From contig NC_058382.1 of NCBI RefSeq assembly GCF_018350175.1, forward strand, positions 56,608,001 through 56,672,000: a stretch of DNA of 64,000 nt. The letters are read 5' to 3'. The notes beneath the pieces were generated by a model, which ran no database searches, was not told where the DNA came from, and saw only the letters and a list, made by a program, of their open reading frames with translations. The position numbers and the translations under genes were made by a program. How positions within the stretch are numbered: position 1 is the stretch's first letter; each line of letters begins with the position of its first letter. This DNA comes from Felis catus (taxonomy: Eukaryota). Below are positions 63,321 to 64,000 of the stretch, one piece after another.

Positions 63321-63794
63321 CACGTGTTACAACGTATTACATATCTGACTCCAGTTGGTGCTTAAAGAACCAGCCTGCTCCAGGGTAAGGTGCATTTGAG
63401 CAGGGAAGTCTATCGCACTTCAAACTAAGCCCGTGGTGACTGCAGCTGCATATAGATGCTCGTGGCCGCTGTTAAAGGAACGAGCAACTGTCTCAAGTAG
63501 AAGGTGTTCGCGTTTGTAAGAACAGGGCTGTCTTCCTGTTTGAAGGTACTTAAACCTGCATCAGGAGTATATACTTTGTGCCAGTTTGATTCTGTTCTCT
63601 TCGGGGTGTGGGGTGGAAATCCTTAGTTAACTAATGTGCTTGGTGGTCAGCATATCCGATGATTTAGTGGTGACGTCATTAGGGGGCCCCAAAGCCCAAC
63701 ATTTGGGAAATGGGTTGCATTTTATTGATTTCTTCGCCTGCACCTGTCCCTCTGTACTTTGGTGTGCCTTCTGAATGTGCTGTTCTGGGTGGTT

Positions 63795-64000
63795 ATTTTA
63801 ATTTTTTTAAATGTGTATTTATTTTTGAGAGAGAGTCAGAGCGTGAGCAGGGGAGGAGCAGAGAGAGAGAGGGAGACACAGAATCTGAAGCAACCTCCAG
63901 GCTCCAAGGGGTAAGCACAAAGCCCAATGCAGGGCTCGAACTCACAAACCGCAAGATCATGACCTGAGCTGAAATCAGACGCTTAACTGACTGAGCCACC
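63795..64000 (-). mobile_element. CAN-SINE running off the window end
   Basis: T-rich tail, gagacacagaatctgaagc, ends ctgagccacc. Confidence 0.95.

Noticed and set aside
1..64000. CRISPR arrays, operons or other prokaryotic systems
   Set aside because: Mammalian repeat landscape; no regularly spaced repeat-spacer array seen.

Overview
Mammalian, almost certainly felid (cat-like) non-coding DNA: about 25 tRNA-derived CAN-SINEs of the felid SINEC_Fc type, many with target-site duplications (TSDs), plus older MIR, L2, L3/CR1, L1, MLT1 LTR and hAT MITE fossils, microsatellites, and several repeat-free blocks that look like conserved enhancers. I found no supportable host protein-coding exon, RNA gene or CRISPR array; the ORF track is explained by repeats, low complexity or chance. 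The most notable signal is a heavily decayed Ty3/Gypsy pol fossil on the + strand (about 6.9-12.2 kb). Its RT, RNase H and integrase motifs are still readable in Gypsy order although several younger elements split it. The second is a 49-bp imperfect palindrome centred on a consensus CTCF core at about 36.8 kb. All family calls are by eye and boundaries of old repeats are approximate.
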